Source: an uncultured Gemmatimonadales bacterium
GTDB taxonomy: Bacteria > Gemmatimonadota > Gemmatimonadetes > Longimicrobiales > RSA9
Direction: 5' to 3'
Assembly: GCA_963798085.1 (NCBI GenBank)
Contig: CAWCRS010000003.1
Location: 448,001 to 512,000, forward strand
Length of the DNA stretch: 64,000 nucleotides
Shown here: positions 1 to 9,303 of the stretch, piece by piece
Layout: each line of letters starts with the position of its first letter
How positions within the stretch are numbered: position 1 is the stretch's first letter
The notes under the pieces: model-generated
Seen by the model: only the letters and a program-made list of their open reading frames with translations
Told to the model about the DNA's origin: nothing
The model's database searches: none
Made by a program: the position numbers and the translations under genes

Positions 1-417
1 GTGCCCGAAGCGGAAACACGGAAGATGTTCGGCTACCCTGCGGCCTTCCATGGCGGCCACATGTTCGCGGGCCTGTTCCAGGACACGATGATCCTCCGCC
101 TCGCGCCCACCGAGCGCGCCGCCTTCCTCGAGCAGAAAGGTGCGCGCCTGTTCGAGCCCATGCCCGGCCGTCCCATGAAGGAGTACGTCGTGGTGCCACC
201 CGCGCTCCTGAAATCGCCGGCAGAGCTGCGCACCTGGCTCGCCCGCTCGGCAGCATACGCCGCATTGATGCCGGCAAAGGAACCGAAGGTGACGAAATCG
301 GAGAAAGGGACGAAGTCGGAGAAAGAAACAAGGTCGAAGCAGAAGCCCGTGGAGAAGCCCGGAGGCAGCTCCGCAGCGGCCAGCTTGAAGCCGAAGCAGT
401 CCCGTCGCCGCAAGTGA
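1..417 (+). CDS. TfoX/Sxy N-terminal domain protein with Lys-rich tail (probably 5' partial)
   Basis: RKMFG..F..G.MFAG and MKEYV.VP motifs typical of TfoX_N; C-terminal KSEK repeats. Confidence 0.8.
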   Translation: MPEAETRKMFGYPAAFHGGHMFAGLFQDTMILRLAPTERAAFLEQKGARLFEPMPGRPMKEYVVVPPALLKSPAELRTWLARSAAYAALMPAKEPKVTKSEKGTKSEKETRSKQKPVEKPGGSSAAASLKPKQSRRRK

Positions 418-614
418 GGGCTTGCAGGCGCTCCACTGACGTGCAGTGTGAGACTCTTCGCGCTATCCTGCTCTCTCTGCAGCCTCCCGCCTGACAGCAT
501 ATTAACACCCGCAGTCGAGGAGGTTTGACCCGCAGCCTTGCGCTCGTCTCGGGATTGCAGATGGCCGCCTCGCGTCTGCGTGGCTTCGTGAAGCGTTGCT
601 GGAGCGCCAGGGCG

Positions 615-758
615 TCGGACCGTCCTGGCATTCTTGGGTTGTGCGCCGTTGGCATATGGTGGCGACGCTGCGGGCTATCGAGTGACCGGTTTGCATTTCG
701 GGCCGGGTCGCGTTGATAACACAAGCGGACGGAAGGAAAGAATGCCAGGACGGTCCGA
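615..758. repeat. Perfect 21-bp inverted repeat with 102-bp spacer (REPIN/MITE-like)
   Basis: TCGGACCGTCCTGGCATTCTT at 615-635 and its exact reverse complement AAGAATGCCAGGACGGTCCGA at 738-758, between convergent genes. Confidence 0.85.
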
Positions 759-824
759 TACGCTGAGGATCAGCCCCTCTCCGACTCGCCGGCGCATCGC
801 TCCACGCGTCCCACAGCGGCTCGA

Positions 825-2108
825 TTAGCGCGCCAGGATCCCCTGCAGCACATCCAGCCGCCCATCGATCCCGGCCGCCGGCTGCAATCCCAGCAGTGCG
901 GCAATGAACGGATAGATGTGGATGTTCTCGAACGGCTGCAGCCGCACACCCCGCCTCACGCCCGGACCCATCGCGAGGAAGATGCCGTACATGTCGCGGG
1001 TGGGCGCCCAGCCGTGTGTCGCGGGATTCTGCTCACCCGGGCTGTCCCGCCGCCGCATCAGCCAGCCCTCATCCGCTACCACCAGCACGTCGCCAATGCG
1101 CGGATTCTCCCTGACGTGCCATGCCTCGGGAATCTCGGATCGCAGATACACATGGAGGTGCGGCGCGCGCGACAGTCCCGCCTTCACGGAGCGCATGCGC
1201 GCCGAATCCCCCGCCGCGAAGTGCAGGTACGTCAGTGTCCCCGCGTCGACGACGTGCACACCCGCCAGGTTCACGTAGTCGTCGAGCACAATGCGTTCCT
1301 TCTGCACGGTCGCGATGCCGTGATCGGACACGATGACGACGTTCACGCGATCGCCGTACGGCAGCGTTGCCACGCCATCGAGCAGTCGCCCCAGCGACCG
1401 GTCCGCTTCGCGGATCGCCTCGTTGACTGGCGCCGTGTCGGCGAGGTAGCGATGCGAGCTGTCGTCGACAATGGGGAAATACAACGTGATCAGGTGCGGC
1501 CGCTGTTCCGCCGGCATGGCCAGCCACGCGAGCACGCGATCCACACGCGCATCATTCGGCAGGCGATGCTCGTAGCGCGTCCAGTACGTCGGCTGGATGC
1601 CTTCCACCGGCGCTTCCGTGCCCACGAAGAACATTGCGGCCGTCACCATGCCCTGCTTCTCCGCCGTCACCCAGATCGGCTCGCCGCCGTACCAGCGCCC
1701 GTCTTCCACAGTCGAGCGATCGCGCAAACTGTACACCGCATCGAACGCCGGATCGAAGAACTCGTTGCCCACGAGCCCATGGTGCCCCGCGTACATCCCC
1801 GTGGCAATGCTGTAGTGATTGGGATAGGTCTTGGTAGGAAATACCGGAATCAACGCCTCGGCTCGCGCCCCCGCGTCCGCCACCCGCTGAAAACTGGGCG
1901 TGATGCCCCGGTTCAGATAGTCCCAGCGAAACGCGTCGAACGAAATGAGGATGACATAATCCTTATCGACCTGCCCCCTACCGTTCCGCCCCCCTGACCC
2001 ACCCTGCGCCTGCACCCCCGCAGCCAGCCCCAGCCCGAGCACGACCCCCAGCAGACAACCCCACAACCGTCGCTCCACGTGCCGCTCCCCCTCGATCCGT
2101 TGATCCAT
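825..2108 (-). CDS. Nucleotide pyrophosphatase/phosphodiesterase (alkaline phosphatase superfamily), secreted
   Basis: Signal peptide; LISFDAFRWDY, PTKTYPNHYSIATG, SDHG and HGW motifs. Confidence 0.92.
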   Translation of the reverse strand: MDQRIEGERHVERRLWGCLLGVVLGLGLAAGVQAQGGSGGRNGRGQVDKDYVILISFDAFRWDYLNRGITPSFQRVADAGARAEALIPVFPTKTYPNHYSIATGMYAGHHGLVGNEFFDPAFDAVYSLRDRSTVEDGRWYGGEPIWVTAEKQGMVTAAMFFVGTEAPVEGIQPTYWTRYEHRLPNDARVDRVLAWLAMPAEQRPHLITLYFPIVDDSSHRYLADTAPVNEAIREADRSLGRLLDGVATLPYGDRVNVVIVSDHGIATVQKERIVLDDYVNLAGVHVVDAGTLTYLHFAAGDSARMRSVKAGLSRAPHLHVYLRSEIPEAWHVRENPRIGDVLVVADEGWLMRRRDSPGEQNPATHGWAPTRDMYGIFLAMGPGVRRGVRLQPFENIHIYPFIAALLGLQPAAGIDGRLDVLQGILAR

Positions 2109-2168
2109 GCGTCAACGTATCACCCGCAATCACCTCTTCTCCCTCCGCGCTCTCTCGCGGTGAGGAGT

Positions 2169-3824
2169 TCAGTCGAGGTTGACCTGCTTGATGTCGAGGA
2201 TCTCGGGCGCCATGCGCAGCCGGGCCAGCACGTCATCGCCCAGCCAGCCGTCGATGCTGATGGCGGCCAGTGCTTCGCCGCCCTGGATCAGTCGCGACTG
2301 GTGGTACTCGGCAATGTTGGCGCCCGCGGCGCCCAGCAGTGTGCCCACGCGACCGATCACGCCCGGCACATCCAGGTTGCGCATGACCAGCAGTGCACCG
2401 CGCGGCCGCACGTCCACGTGGTACTGTCCAATGCGCACGATGCGCGGATGCGTCGCGTCCAGCAGCGCGCCTGCCGCCAGCGCGAAGCCGGATGCGGTCG
2501 ACGCTTCCACCTCGATGTACTCACCGTAGTCCGGATGTCGCGTGAGCTGTGTCGACCCGACGTGTGTGCCGCGCGACTGCGCGAGGTGGATGGCATTCAC
2601 GAAGTTGATCGCGTGACGGCCCACCACCCGCTCCAGCACGCCGATCAGCGTCGCGGAAGTCAGCGGCCGCAGTGCCACGTCGGAGCTGCCCGCGTAGCGC
2701 ACGTCCACCCGCCGCACGGGCCCGTCCGCCACCGCCTGGATCAGCCGCCCCAGCCGCTCCGCCAGGTCCAGCAGGGGGCGCAGCCGCTGCATGGCCTCGC
2801 CACCAATGGCGGGCGCATTGACCGCGCGGGACAGATCGCTCTCCAGCAGCGCGGCGCGCACCGCATCGGCGATCTCGATGGCCACGTTCTCCTGTGCCTC
2901 GATGGTGGCGGCACCCAGGTGCGGGGTTAACACCACGTTGGAAAGTGCCCGCAGCGGATGGTCGCGCGGCGCCGGCTCCTGCTCGTACACGTCGAGCGCC
3001 GCGCCCGCAATGCGACCCTCGGTGAGCGCGCGCACCAGCGCCAGCTCGTCGATGATACCGCCTCGCGCCGCGTTCACGATGAACGCGCCCGGCTTCATGC
3101 GCTGGAACTGCGCGTCACCGATCATGCCCCGCGATTCATCGGTGAGCGGCACGTGCAGTGTGATCACATCGCCCCTCTCCAGCACCTGGTCGAGCGTGGC
3201 CAGCTCGATGTCCAGCGCCTCGGCGCGCTCCGCCGTCAGGAACGGATCGAAGGCGACGACGCGCATGCCGAACGCCTTCGCCCGCTGCGCCACCGCCGTG
3301 CCGATGCGGCCCGCGCCCACCAGCCCCAGCGTCTTGCCGTACAGCTCAATGCCGCCGAAGCTCTTGCGGTCCCAGTGCCCCTCCTTCATCGAGCGGTCTG
3401 CCGCTGACACCCGCCGCACCAGCGCCAGCAGCAGCGCGAACGCCAGCTCTGCCGCTGACACTGTGTTACCCGACGGCGCATTGAGCACGGCAATGCCGCG
3501 CTCGGTCGCTGCCTCCACATCGATGTTGTCGACGCCCACACCGGCCCGCCCAATGACGCGCAGCCGCGTGGCGTACTTGAGCGCATCGCGCGTGATACGA
3601 GTCGCGCTGCGCACGATCACCGCATCCGCGTCACCCACCGCGCGCGCCAGCTCTTCGCCCTTCACGCCCAGCCGCTCCACCACCTCGAATTGCGGATCGT
3701 CCACCAGCGGCGCCAGCCCCGATGCCGAAATCGGATCCACGATCACCACCCGGAACCGCCTGCCATCCACGGCGGGTTCCCCGCTCGCGGTCTCCACTAA
3801 CACTTCGCTCTGCTGCCTGCTCAT
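2169..3824 (-). CDS. serA: D-3-phosphoglycerate dehydrogenase (type I, ASB+ACT)
   Basis: RAGVGVDNID, GAGRIG Rossmann motif, NAARGG, PHLGA; C-terminal ACT (D.PGVIG). Confidence 0.95.
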   Translation of the reverse strand: MSRQQSEVLVETASGEPAVDGRRFRVVIVDPISASGLAPLVDDPQFEVVERLGVKGEELARAVGDADAVIVRSATRITRDALKYATRLRVIGRAGVGVDNIDVEAATERGIAVLNAPSGNTVSAAELAFALLLALVRRVSAADRSMKEGHWDRKSFGGIELYGKTLGLVGAGRIGTAVAQRAKAFGMRVVAFDPFLTAERAEALDIELATLDQVLERGDVITLHVPLTDESRGMIGDAQFQRMKPGAFIVNAARGGIIDELALVRALTEGRIAGAALDVYEQEPAPRDHPLRALSNVVLTPHLGAATIEAQENVAIEIADAVRAALLESDLSRAVNAPAIGGEAMQRLRPLLDLAERLGRLIQAVADGPVRRVDVRYAGSSDVALRPLTSATLIGVLERVVGRHAINFVNAIHLAQSRGTHVGSTQLTRHPDYGEYIEVEASTASGFALAAGALLDATHPRIVRIGQYHVDVRPRGALLVMRNLDVPGVIGRVGTLLGAAGANIAEYHQSRLIQGGEALAAISIDGWLGDDVLARLRMAPEILDIKQVNLD

Positions 3825-3918
3825 CTGCGCTCTCCGCGCCTCCTCGCCGCCGCGTGATCCCTCGTGACGCCCGCGCGCAACACGAATCCCCGCGCACCGC
3901 GCTTGATGCCGCCGACGC

Positions 3919-5017
3919 TCATGGCCGGAACAGGCCTGTCAGCGCGTCCAGCAGCGCGTCCACCTCTGCCACCGTGTGATCACCCATGTGACCAATGCGG
4001 AACGTGCTTTCCTTGAGTTTGCCGTATCCGGTCGCAATGGCGAATCCCTGCTGGCGCGCGCCCGCGACCACCTGTGCGCCCGTCATGCCGTCGGGCACAC
4101 GTACCGCGGTGACGGTCGGGGAGCGATGGCCCTCCGCCGCCACGACCCCGACCTGCACGCCACGCTCGTTCATGGCCTGCACCCACGCGTACACCCGATC
4201 CGCCATGGCCTGGTGCCTCGCCCACCTCGCCTCGATACCTTCGCTTTCAATGTGCTGCATCTGCACCGCCAGCGCGTACAGCAGCGACACTGCGGGCGTG
4301 TTGGGCGTCTGGTTGCCCTGGATGTTCTTCTCGTACTCGAGGATGTCGAAGTACACGCCGCGATCGGCCTTGCTCTTCGCCCGCTCCAGCACACTGTCCT
4401 GGGCCACGCCGAACGCCAGCCCCGGCGGCAGCGCCAGACACTTCTGCGAACCCGTCAGCGCGAAGTCGATACGCCAGCGGTCCGTGCGCAGCTCGGCGCC
4501 CGAGAGACCCGACACGCTGTCCACCAGCAGCGCCACATCACCGTTCTGATGCGCGACTTCCGCCAGCTCGCGGATGTTGTTCAATGCGCCCGTCGAATGT
4601 CTCCGAGTGTGCCACCGTCACCGCGTCGTCAATGCCGCGCCGCAGGGCATCGTCCAGCATTTCGGCCGCGTGCACCTCGCCCCACGGCACTTCCAGCGCG
4701 TCCGCCCGCAGGCCGTTGGCCAGCGCAATGCGATAGAAGCGCTCGCTGAACGCGCCATTCACCAGCGACAGCACGTGGCGGCGCGCGCCATTGCGCACGG
4801 CCGCCTCCATGAGTCCTGTCCCCGACGAAGGCACGATGTAGACCGGTCGCGAGGTCTGGAAGACAGTCTTGAGGCGCGGCTCGATGAAGCCCATCAGCTC
4901 TTCCATCTCGGGCACGCGATGACCGATCATCGGCCGGGTCATCGCCTGCAGCACTTCGGGCCGCACTTCGGTGGGACCCGGCAGGAAGAAATGGCCGTAC
5001 TTGAGAGGCTCAGACAC
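3919..5017 (-). CDS. Class V PLP aminotransferase (AGT/SgaA type, likely phosphoserine aminotransferase); frameshift near 4596
   Basis: Two ORFs join into one protein: FLPGPTEV, SSGTG, HSETSTG, DSVS, GSQKCLALPPG, FRIGHMG. GTG start at 5017 overlaps the upstream stop. Confidence 0.88.
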
Positions 5018-5825
5018 GTTGCGATTCCGGTTCGGGTTGCGTTCGTCGCCGCTCGCCCGCGGCCAGCAGCGACACTCCCTTCTCATAAACAGCCTGATAG
5101 TCCGCTGACCGCGGCTGCGCTCCGCCCAGCGCCAGCGGCAGCACGGGCGAAAGTGACGCGTCGCGAATCACGTGATCCGCTGCCGCGACGACTGCGGGTC
5201 GCTCGACAACACCGCAGTAGGCAACCAGCGCATCCACGACGGGCCTCGCCTCCGCGTCCGTCGCGCCATCACCGACCAGCATGATGGGCGCCGGTAATTC
5301 CCGCCGCCATGACTCGAGCAGCTCGCGCTTGCCTCCCCGCCTCGCCAATGGCGAGTGCTCATCGTAACCCGCGTAACTGCCATCCGGCGCGAAGAAGACA
5401 TCGACCGCGCCAACGTCGACTGCATCCAGTCCCAGCTCCAGCGCGAGGAACTGCACGGCCGGCAGCAGTCCGCCGCTCACCACGCACACACGCATGCCTT
5501 CACTGCGCAGCGCGGCAATCACCGCGCGCGCATCCGGCACCAGTGCTTCCACGTAGGCAGCAGCCAGCTGCCGGAGCGCTTCCCGCCCCGGTCGCACCAG
5601 CGCGAGCCGCCGGCCGTACACCGCTTCCAGCGGCACATCGCCGTCCATCGCGGCCCGCGTCAGGCGTTCTACTTCCGGGTTGGAACGCGCCAGGTATTCA
5701 ATGCCTTCGATCGTGCTCAACGTGGAATCGCAGTCGAAAACGACGGTGCCCATCCGCCGTGGCGGATGGACTTCATCGCGCGCGGCCACTTCAGGACGCG
5801 CGCCCGCGGAGTGCTCCGCCGGCAA
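5010..5825 (-). CDS. serB: HAD-IB phosphoserine phosphatase
   Basis: FDCDST, VSGG and GDGATD motifs; operon with serA; exact start uncertain. Confidence 0.85.
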   Translation of the reverse strand: MPAEHSAGARPEVAARDEVHPPRRMGTVVFDCDSTLSTIEGIEYLARSNPEVERLTRAAMDGDVPLEAVYGRRLALVRPGREALRQLAAAYVEALVPDARAVIAALRSEGMRVCVVSGGLLPAVQFLALELGLDAVDVGAVDVFFAPDGSYAGYDEHSPLARRGGKRELLESWRRELPAPIMLVGDGATDAEARPVVDALVAYCGVVERPAVVAAADHVIRDASLSPVLPLALGGAQPRSADYQAVYEKGVSLLAAGERRRTQPEPESQRV

Positions 5826-5972
5826 CGTGGGTCAAGGCTGGATATTTCGACACGGGGTCGTCAAAATGGACGCACAGGCCGGCGCCGGCAAGCCGGCGGC
5901 GCGCCACGACTCGCCCGCTGTGCCGCCGGCCGGCGGCACATGCACGGCCTTCCCCTCGCCGGATCGTTCGCG

Positions 5973-8225
5973 ATGAGCCCTCGGCCCTTCGCCAGCTCTC
6001 CCCGCCTGCGCCCGCTCTTCTGCGCCATGATGTGCAGCGCTGCGGCCGCGGCTGCGGCCGCGCAGCAACCCGCAATGTTTCGCGCTCATCCGGATTTCGC
6101 CGCCTTGCGTGATTCACTGAACATGGTAAGCGACACGGTTGCTCTGCGTCACCGTGCACTGGCCCGCTCTTCCGATGCCGCCACCCTCGTGGAGCAGGGC
6201 TTCGCGGGCCTGCGCCTGTTCGCACTCACGCACCGGTCGGATGACGCGAAGCGCGCGCGTGCTGCGTTCGATGATGCGACCCGCTCGGATCCGGCGAATG
6301 CCTGGGCGTGGTACGGACTGGGCCTCAGCTGGGCCGATGGTCCCGAGCGTCACGCTGCCACGCCCGCGCTCGTCACACGTCGCGCGCTGGCCGAAGCGTT
6401 CGGCTTCGACCCGGCGTCCAGAGCCGTGCACGCGCTGCACCACGCGCTCGAGCTGGATCCCGCGCTCACCGGCGCAGCGCAGACACTCGTGCCACTCGCC
6501 CTCGAGAAGCGCAGCCAGAGCGCGCTCGCAGCCGCTGCCGGTTCCCTTGCCAGGGCCGAAGAGGAAGGTCGCTTCGAAACTGCGGCGCTGGTCGCACTGG
6601 CCCGCGCCGAGGATGCGCTGGGTGATCACCAGAGCGCTGTGGAAGCGGCAAGGCGCGCGGCCACCAACGCATCGGCAGCCAATGCCGCCGACACACGCTA
6701 CACGCTGTCTACCGTGCTGTTCGGCAATGCCCTGGATGACGAGGGCGCGCGTGCCTGGTTCGACGCCATCGATGGACTTTCACCCGCGCTGGCCGCGCGC
6801 TACGCCACCGACCTCGAGCCGCTGTTCGAGGACTGGGAACACGAGCGCTGGCAGGCCGGCGACCTCGACGCGCACCGCGCCTTCCTGCGCAACTTCTGGA
6901 CGGAGCGCGCCGCGCTGGGCGGCGTGTCCGTGCCCGCGCGCCTGGGTGACCACTACCGCCGTCTGGCCGGCGCCCGCGCCCGCTTTCCGCGCAACCGCAA
7001 ATGGGGTGCGCCGCCCTCTAACGCGCTGTTACTCAAGCGCCCGGACCTGCCCTTCGATGACCGCGGCCTGATCTACGTTCGCCATGGCGAGCCCTGGGAC
7101 ATCATCCGCACACCAAAGCTGGGCGCGCCGCCCACCGAATCATGGGTGTATCGCACGCCCGAAGGCGGGTTCAGTGTGCTGCACTTCGATAACTACGCGT
7201 CAGCGGAGCGCAGTCCCTTCGCCGCCGGTGACCCGCAGGCCAGCGACGCCGACGGCGAGATGGGCGATGCCTACAACGAGTACATGCTCATGTACAACCT
7301 GCCCTGCGATCCGGCATGGGCCGGCGACCGCATGCGGTACGACCGCCGCCTCGCCCTGATGCGCTGCAACGAATTCGATCGCCGCTCCATCAGCGCCGAG
7401 GTGCGCCGCGATGCTCGTCTGGCCCTGCGCACCGACAGCGACCGCCCGCTCTTCTCGCGTGAGCTGCCCTTCGCGTACGACCTGTACACGTTCCGCGGCC
7501 AGCAGGGTCTCACGGATGTCACCGCAGCGCTGCTGCTGCGCGGCGGGTCCATCGCGCCGGAACCCGGACGCGACAGCGTCGCCTGGAGCCTGGACGTCTC
7601 CTTCATCCTCGCCGATACCGTGCGCGACAGGGTGAGCCGCCGCGACACCACGCTCACCACGCGCACCGCATCCACGCTGACGGACGCGGAGTGGCTGCGC
7701 GCTCACATCACCATGCCCGTGACACCCGCTGATGCCGTGGCCGAGCGGCTCGTCGTACGCGAGAGCGCCGATCCCGGACACGGCCAGATCTACGGGCGCG
7801 CGCTCGACGTGCCCGACTACTCGCGCAAGGAGCTGCAGCTCAGTGACATCGTGCTGGCCGCACCGGATTCCGGCGGCAGCTTCACGCGTGATGGCGTGGC
7901 GCTCAGCCTCGTGCCCACCCGCGAGTTCCCCGGCGGCGCGTTCCGCATCTTCTACGAGGTCTACAACCTCACACCCGACGCCGCGTACCAGACCGACGTG
8001 CGCATCGAGCGGCCGCGCGGCGGCCTGCGCAAACTCCTCGGCGGCGGCACCGTGCTCACACTCCGCTTCCAGGGCAGTGCGTCGCTGCGCGACTCATTGC
8101 TTCCCGAGCTTCGTCGCGTTGATACTTCCCTCGATCCTGGCGACTACCGGATCCGCGTGCGCGTGACCGATTCGGCCACCGGCCAGAGCGCCGAGCAGCA
8201 GCGCGCGTTCACTGTGGTGCGGTGA
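5973..8225 (+). CDS. Secreted TPR-like + GWxTD-like domain protein
   Basis: Signal peptide, helical repeats, FW...HYRR...A...F and DDRGLIYVRHGEP, Ig-like C-terminus; start trimmed from ORF 5355. Confidence 0.7.
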   Translation: MSPRPFASSPRLRPLFCAMMCSAAAAAAAAQQPAMFRAHPDFAALRDSLNMVSDTVALRHRALARSSDAATLVEQGFAGLRLFALTHRSDDAKRARAAFDDATRSDPANAWAWYGLGLSWADGPERHAATPALVTRRALAEAFGFDPASRAVHALHHALELDPALTGAAQTLVPLALEKRSQSALAAAAGSLARAEEEGRFETAALVALARAEDALGDHQSAVEAARRAATNASAANAADTRYTLSTVLFGNALDDEGARAWFDAIDGLSPALAARYATDLEPLFEDWEHERWQAGDLDAHRAFLRNFWTERAALGGVSVPARLGDHYRRLAGARARFPRNRKWGAPPSNALLLKRPDLPFDDRGLIYVRHGEPWDIIRTPKLGAPPTESWVYRTPEGGFSVLHFDNYASAERSPFAAGDPQASDADGEMGDAYNEYMLMYNLPCDPAWAGDRMRYDRRLALMRCNEFDRRSISAEVRRDARLALRTDSDRPLFSRELPFAYDLYTFRGQQGLTDVTAALLLRGGSIAPEPGRDSVAWSLDVSFILADTVRDRVSRRDTTLTTRTASTLTDAEWLRAHITMPVTPADAVAERLVVRESADPGHGQIYGRALDVPDYSRKELQLSDIVLAAPDSGGSFTRDGVALSLVPTREFPGGAFRIFYEVYNLTPDAAYQTDVRIERPRGGLRKLLGGGTVLTLRFQGSASLRDSLLPELRRVDTSLDPGDYRIRVRVTDSATGQSAEQQRAFTVVR

Positions 8226-8261
8226 GGCAATGACCGGCGTGCGCCGGCGGGGGGCGGAAGC

Positions 8262-8489
8262 ATGTTGGACGACACCGAGATCTACACACTCGCACGTTTC
8301 AGCAACCGCCACGACGCGGAGAACGCGCAGCGGCACCTGACCGAATCAGGCGTCGACAGCGAGATCGTCCCCGAAGAGCAATCCGACCTCCCCGCCGACC
8401 TCGCCTGGGCCCTGCCCGCCCTCCTCCGCTGCCGCTCCAGCGACCGCATCCAGGCCATCCTCGTACTGGAACGCGCACGCGTGCTCTGA
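8262..8489 (+). CDS. DUF2007-like small putative signal-transducing protein
   Basis: LARF..R.DAE.A...L..SGV pattern; paralogous to 8924-9190. Confidence 0.65.
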   Translation: MLDDTEIYTLARFSNRHDAENAQRHLTESGVDSEIVPEEQSDLPADLAWALPALLRCRSSDRIQAILVLERARVL

Positions 8490-8497
8490 GCTGTGGC

Positions 8498-8803
8498 TCA
8501 GAAGCGGCTTTCGTTCCGCAGCAGCCGCACAACCCACGCGTAACGCGTACCCGCCTCCAGCGCCACGGAATTCTCCGGCGCTCCGTACCCCGCCAGCTCC
8601 GTGTGCACGACGTACGCGCCCGCACGCAGGTCCCTTAACTCGAAATTGCCGCCGGCATCCGTCATCGCCTGGGCCACGACCCTCCCGGTGGAGTCGCTGC
8701 GCAGAAATACCTGCACACGCACTCTCGCCAGTGGCCGGCCATCGCGGTTGGGGCAGAAGGCTGCCGACTGCCGGGGGCGCGTCGGGGGCGCCCGTCGGTA
8801 CAA
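8498..8803 (-). CDS. Carboxypeptidase-regulatory-like (CarboxypepD_reg) domain ORF, possibly 5'-eroded
   Basis: DGRPLA.V.V, TDAGGNF.L..L.AGAY.V..E..GY pattern; no good start. Confidence 0.5.
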   Translation of the reverse strand: MYRRAPPTRPRQSAAFCPNRDGRPLARVRVQVFLRSDSTGRVVAQAMTDAGGNFELRDLRAGAYVVHTELAGYGAPENSVALEAGTRYAWVVRLLRNESRF

Positions 8804-8923
8804 CTATAAATATGCGAGAATGGCCGGTCCCATCCAGCACGCCTCACCGCAACCGCGCCGCAGGCGGATCCCGACCCGCCCGCACTCTTGCGGCCGGCCC
8901 TGCTCCCTCCCTATCTGCATGTC

Positions 8924-9190
8924 ATGGATGATCAGGATACCGTCGAGATCGCGCGCTTCACGCATCGCTATGAAGCCGAAATGGCGCAGGGCTACCTGCA
9001 CGATGCCGGCATTGAATGTCTGGTGATGACCGATGACGCCGGCGGTGCCGACCTCGGCCTCACCCTTACCCGCCCCGCCCGCGTCCTCGTCCTCGCCAGC
9101 GACGAGGCCGAGGCCCGCCAGGTCCTCGAAGACGCCGGCGTCCTTGACTCGGGAGGCAACAGCGAGGGAGACGTGGAGGACGCGGAGTGA
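8924..9190 (+). CDS. DUF2007-like putative signal-transducing protein
   Basis: EAEMAQGYLHDAGIEC, RVLV...D..EARQVL. Confidence 0.8.
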   Translation: MDDQDTVEIARFTHRYEAEMAQGYLHDAGIECLVMTDDAGGADLGLTLTRPARVLVLASDEAEARQVLEDAGVLDSGGNSEGDVEDAE

Positions 9191-9303
9191 TTCGCGGGCT
9201 CGCCCTAATACCTCTTTCACCGCGGAGGACGCGGCGGACGGATTTCTAACGGATTATTATCACACGCAACCGCAACCTCCCTCACTCGATCTCCGGCGTG
9301 TCA

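Noticed and set aside
525..716. Small ORF after GAGGAGG
   Set aside because: SD lies only 1 nt from the TTG, the product is Arg/Cys-rich and unrecognisable, and it runs through the inverted repeat
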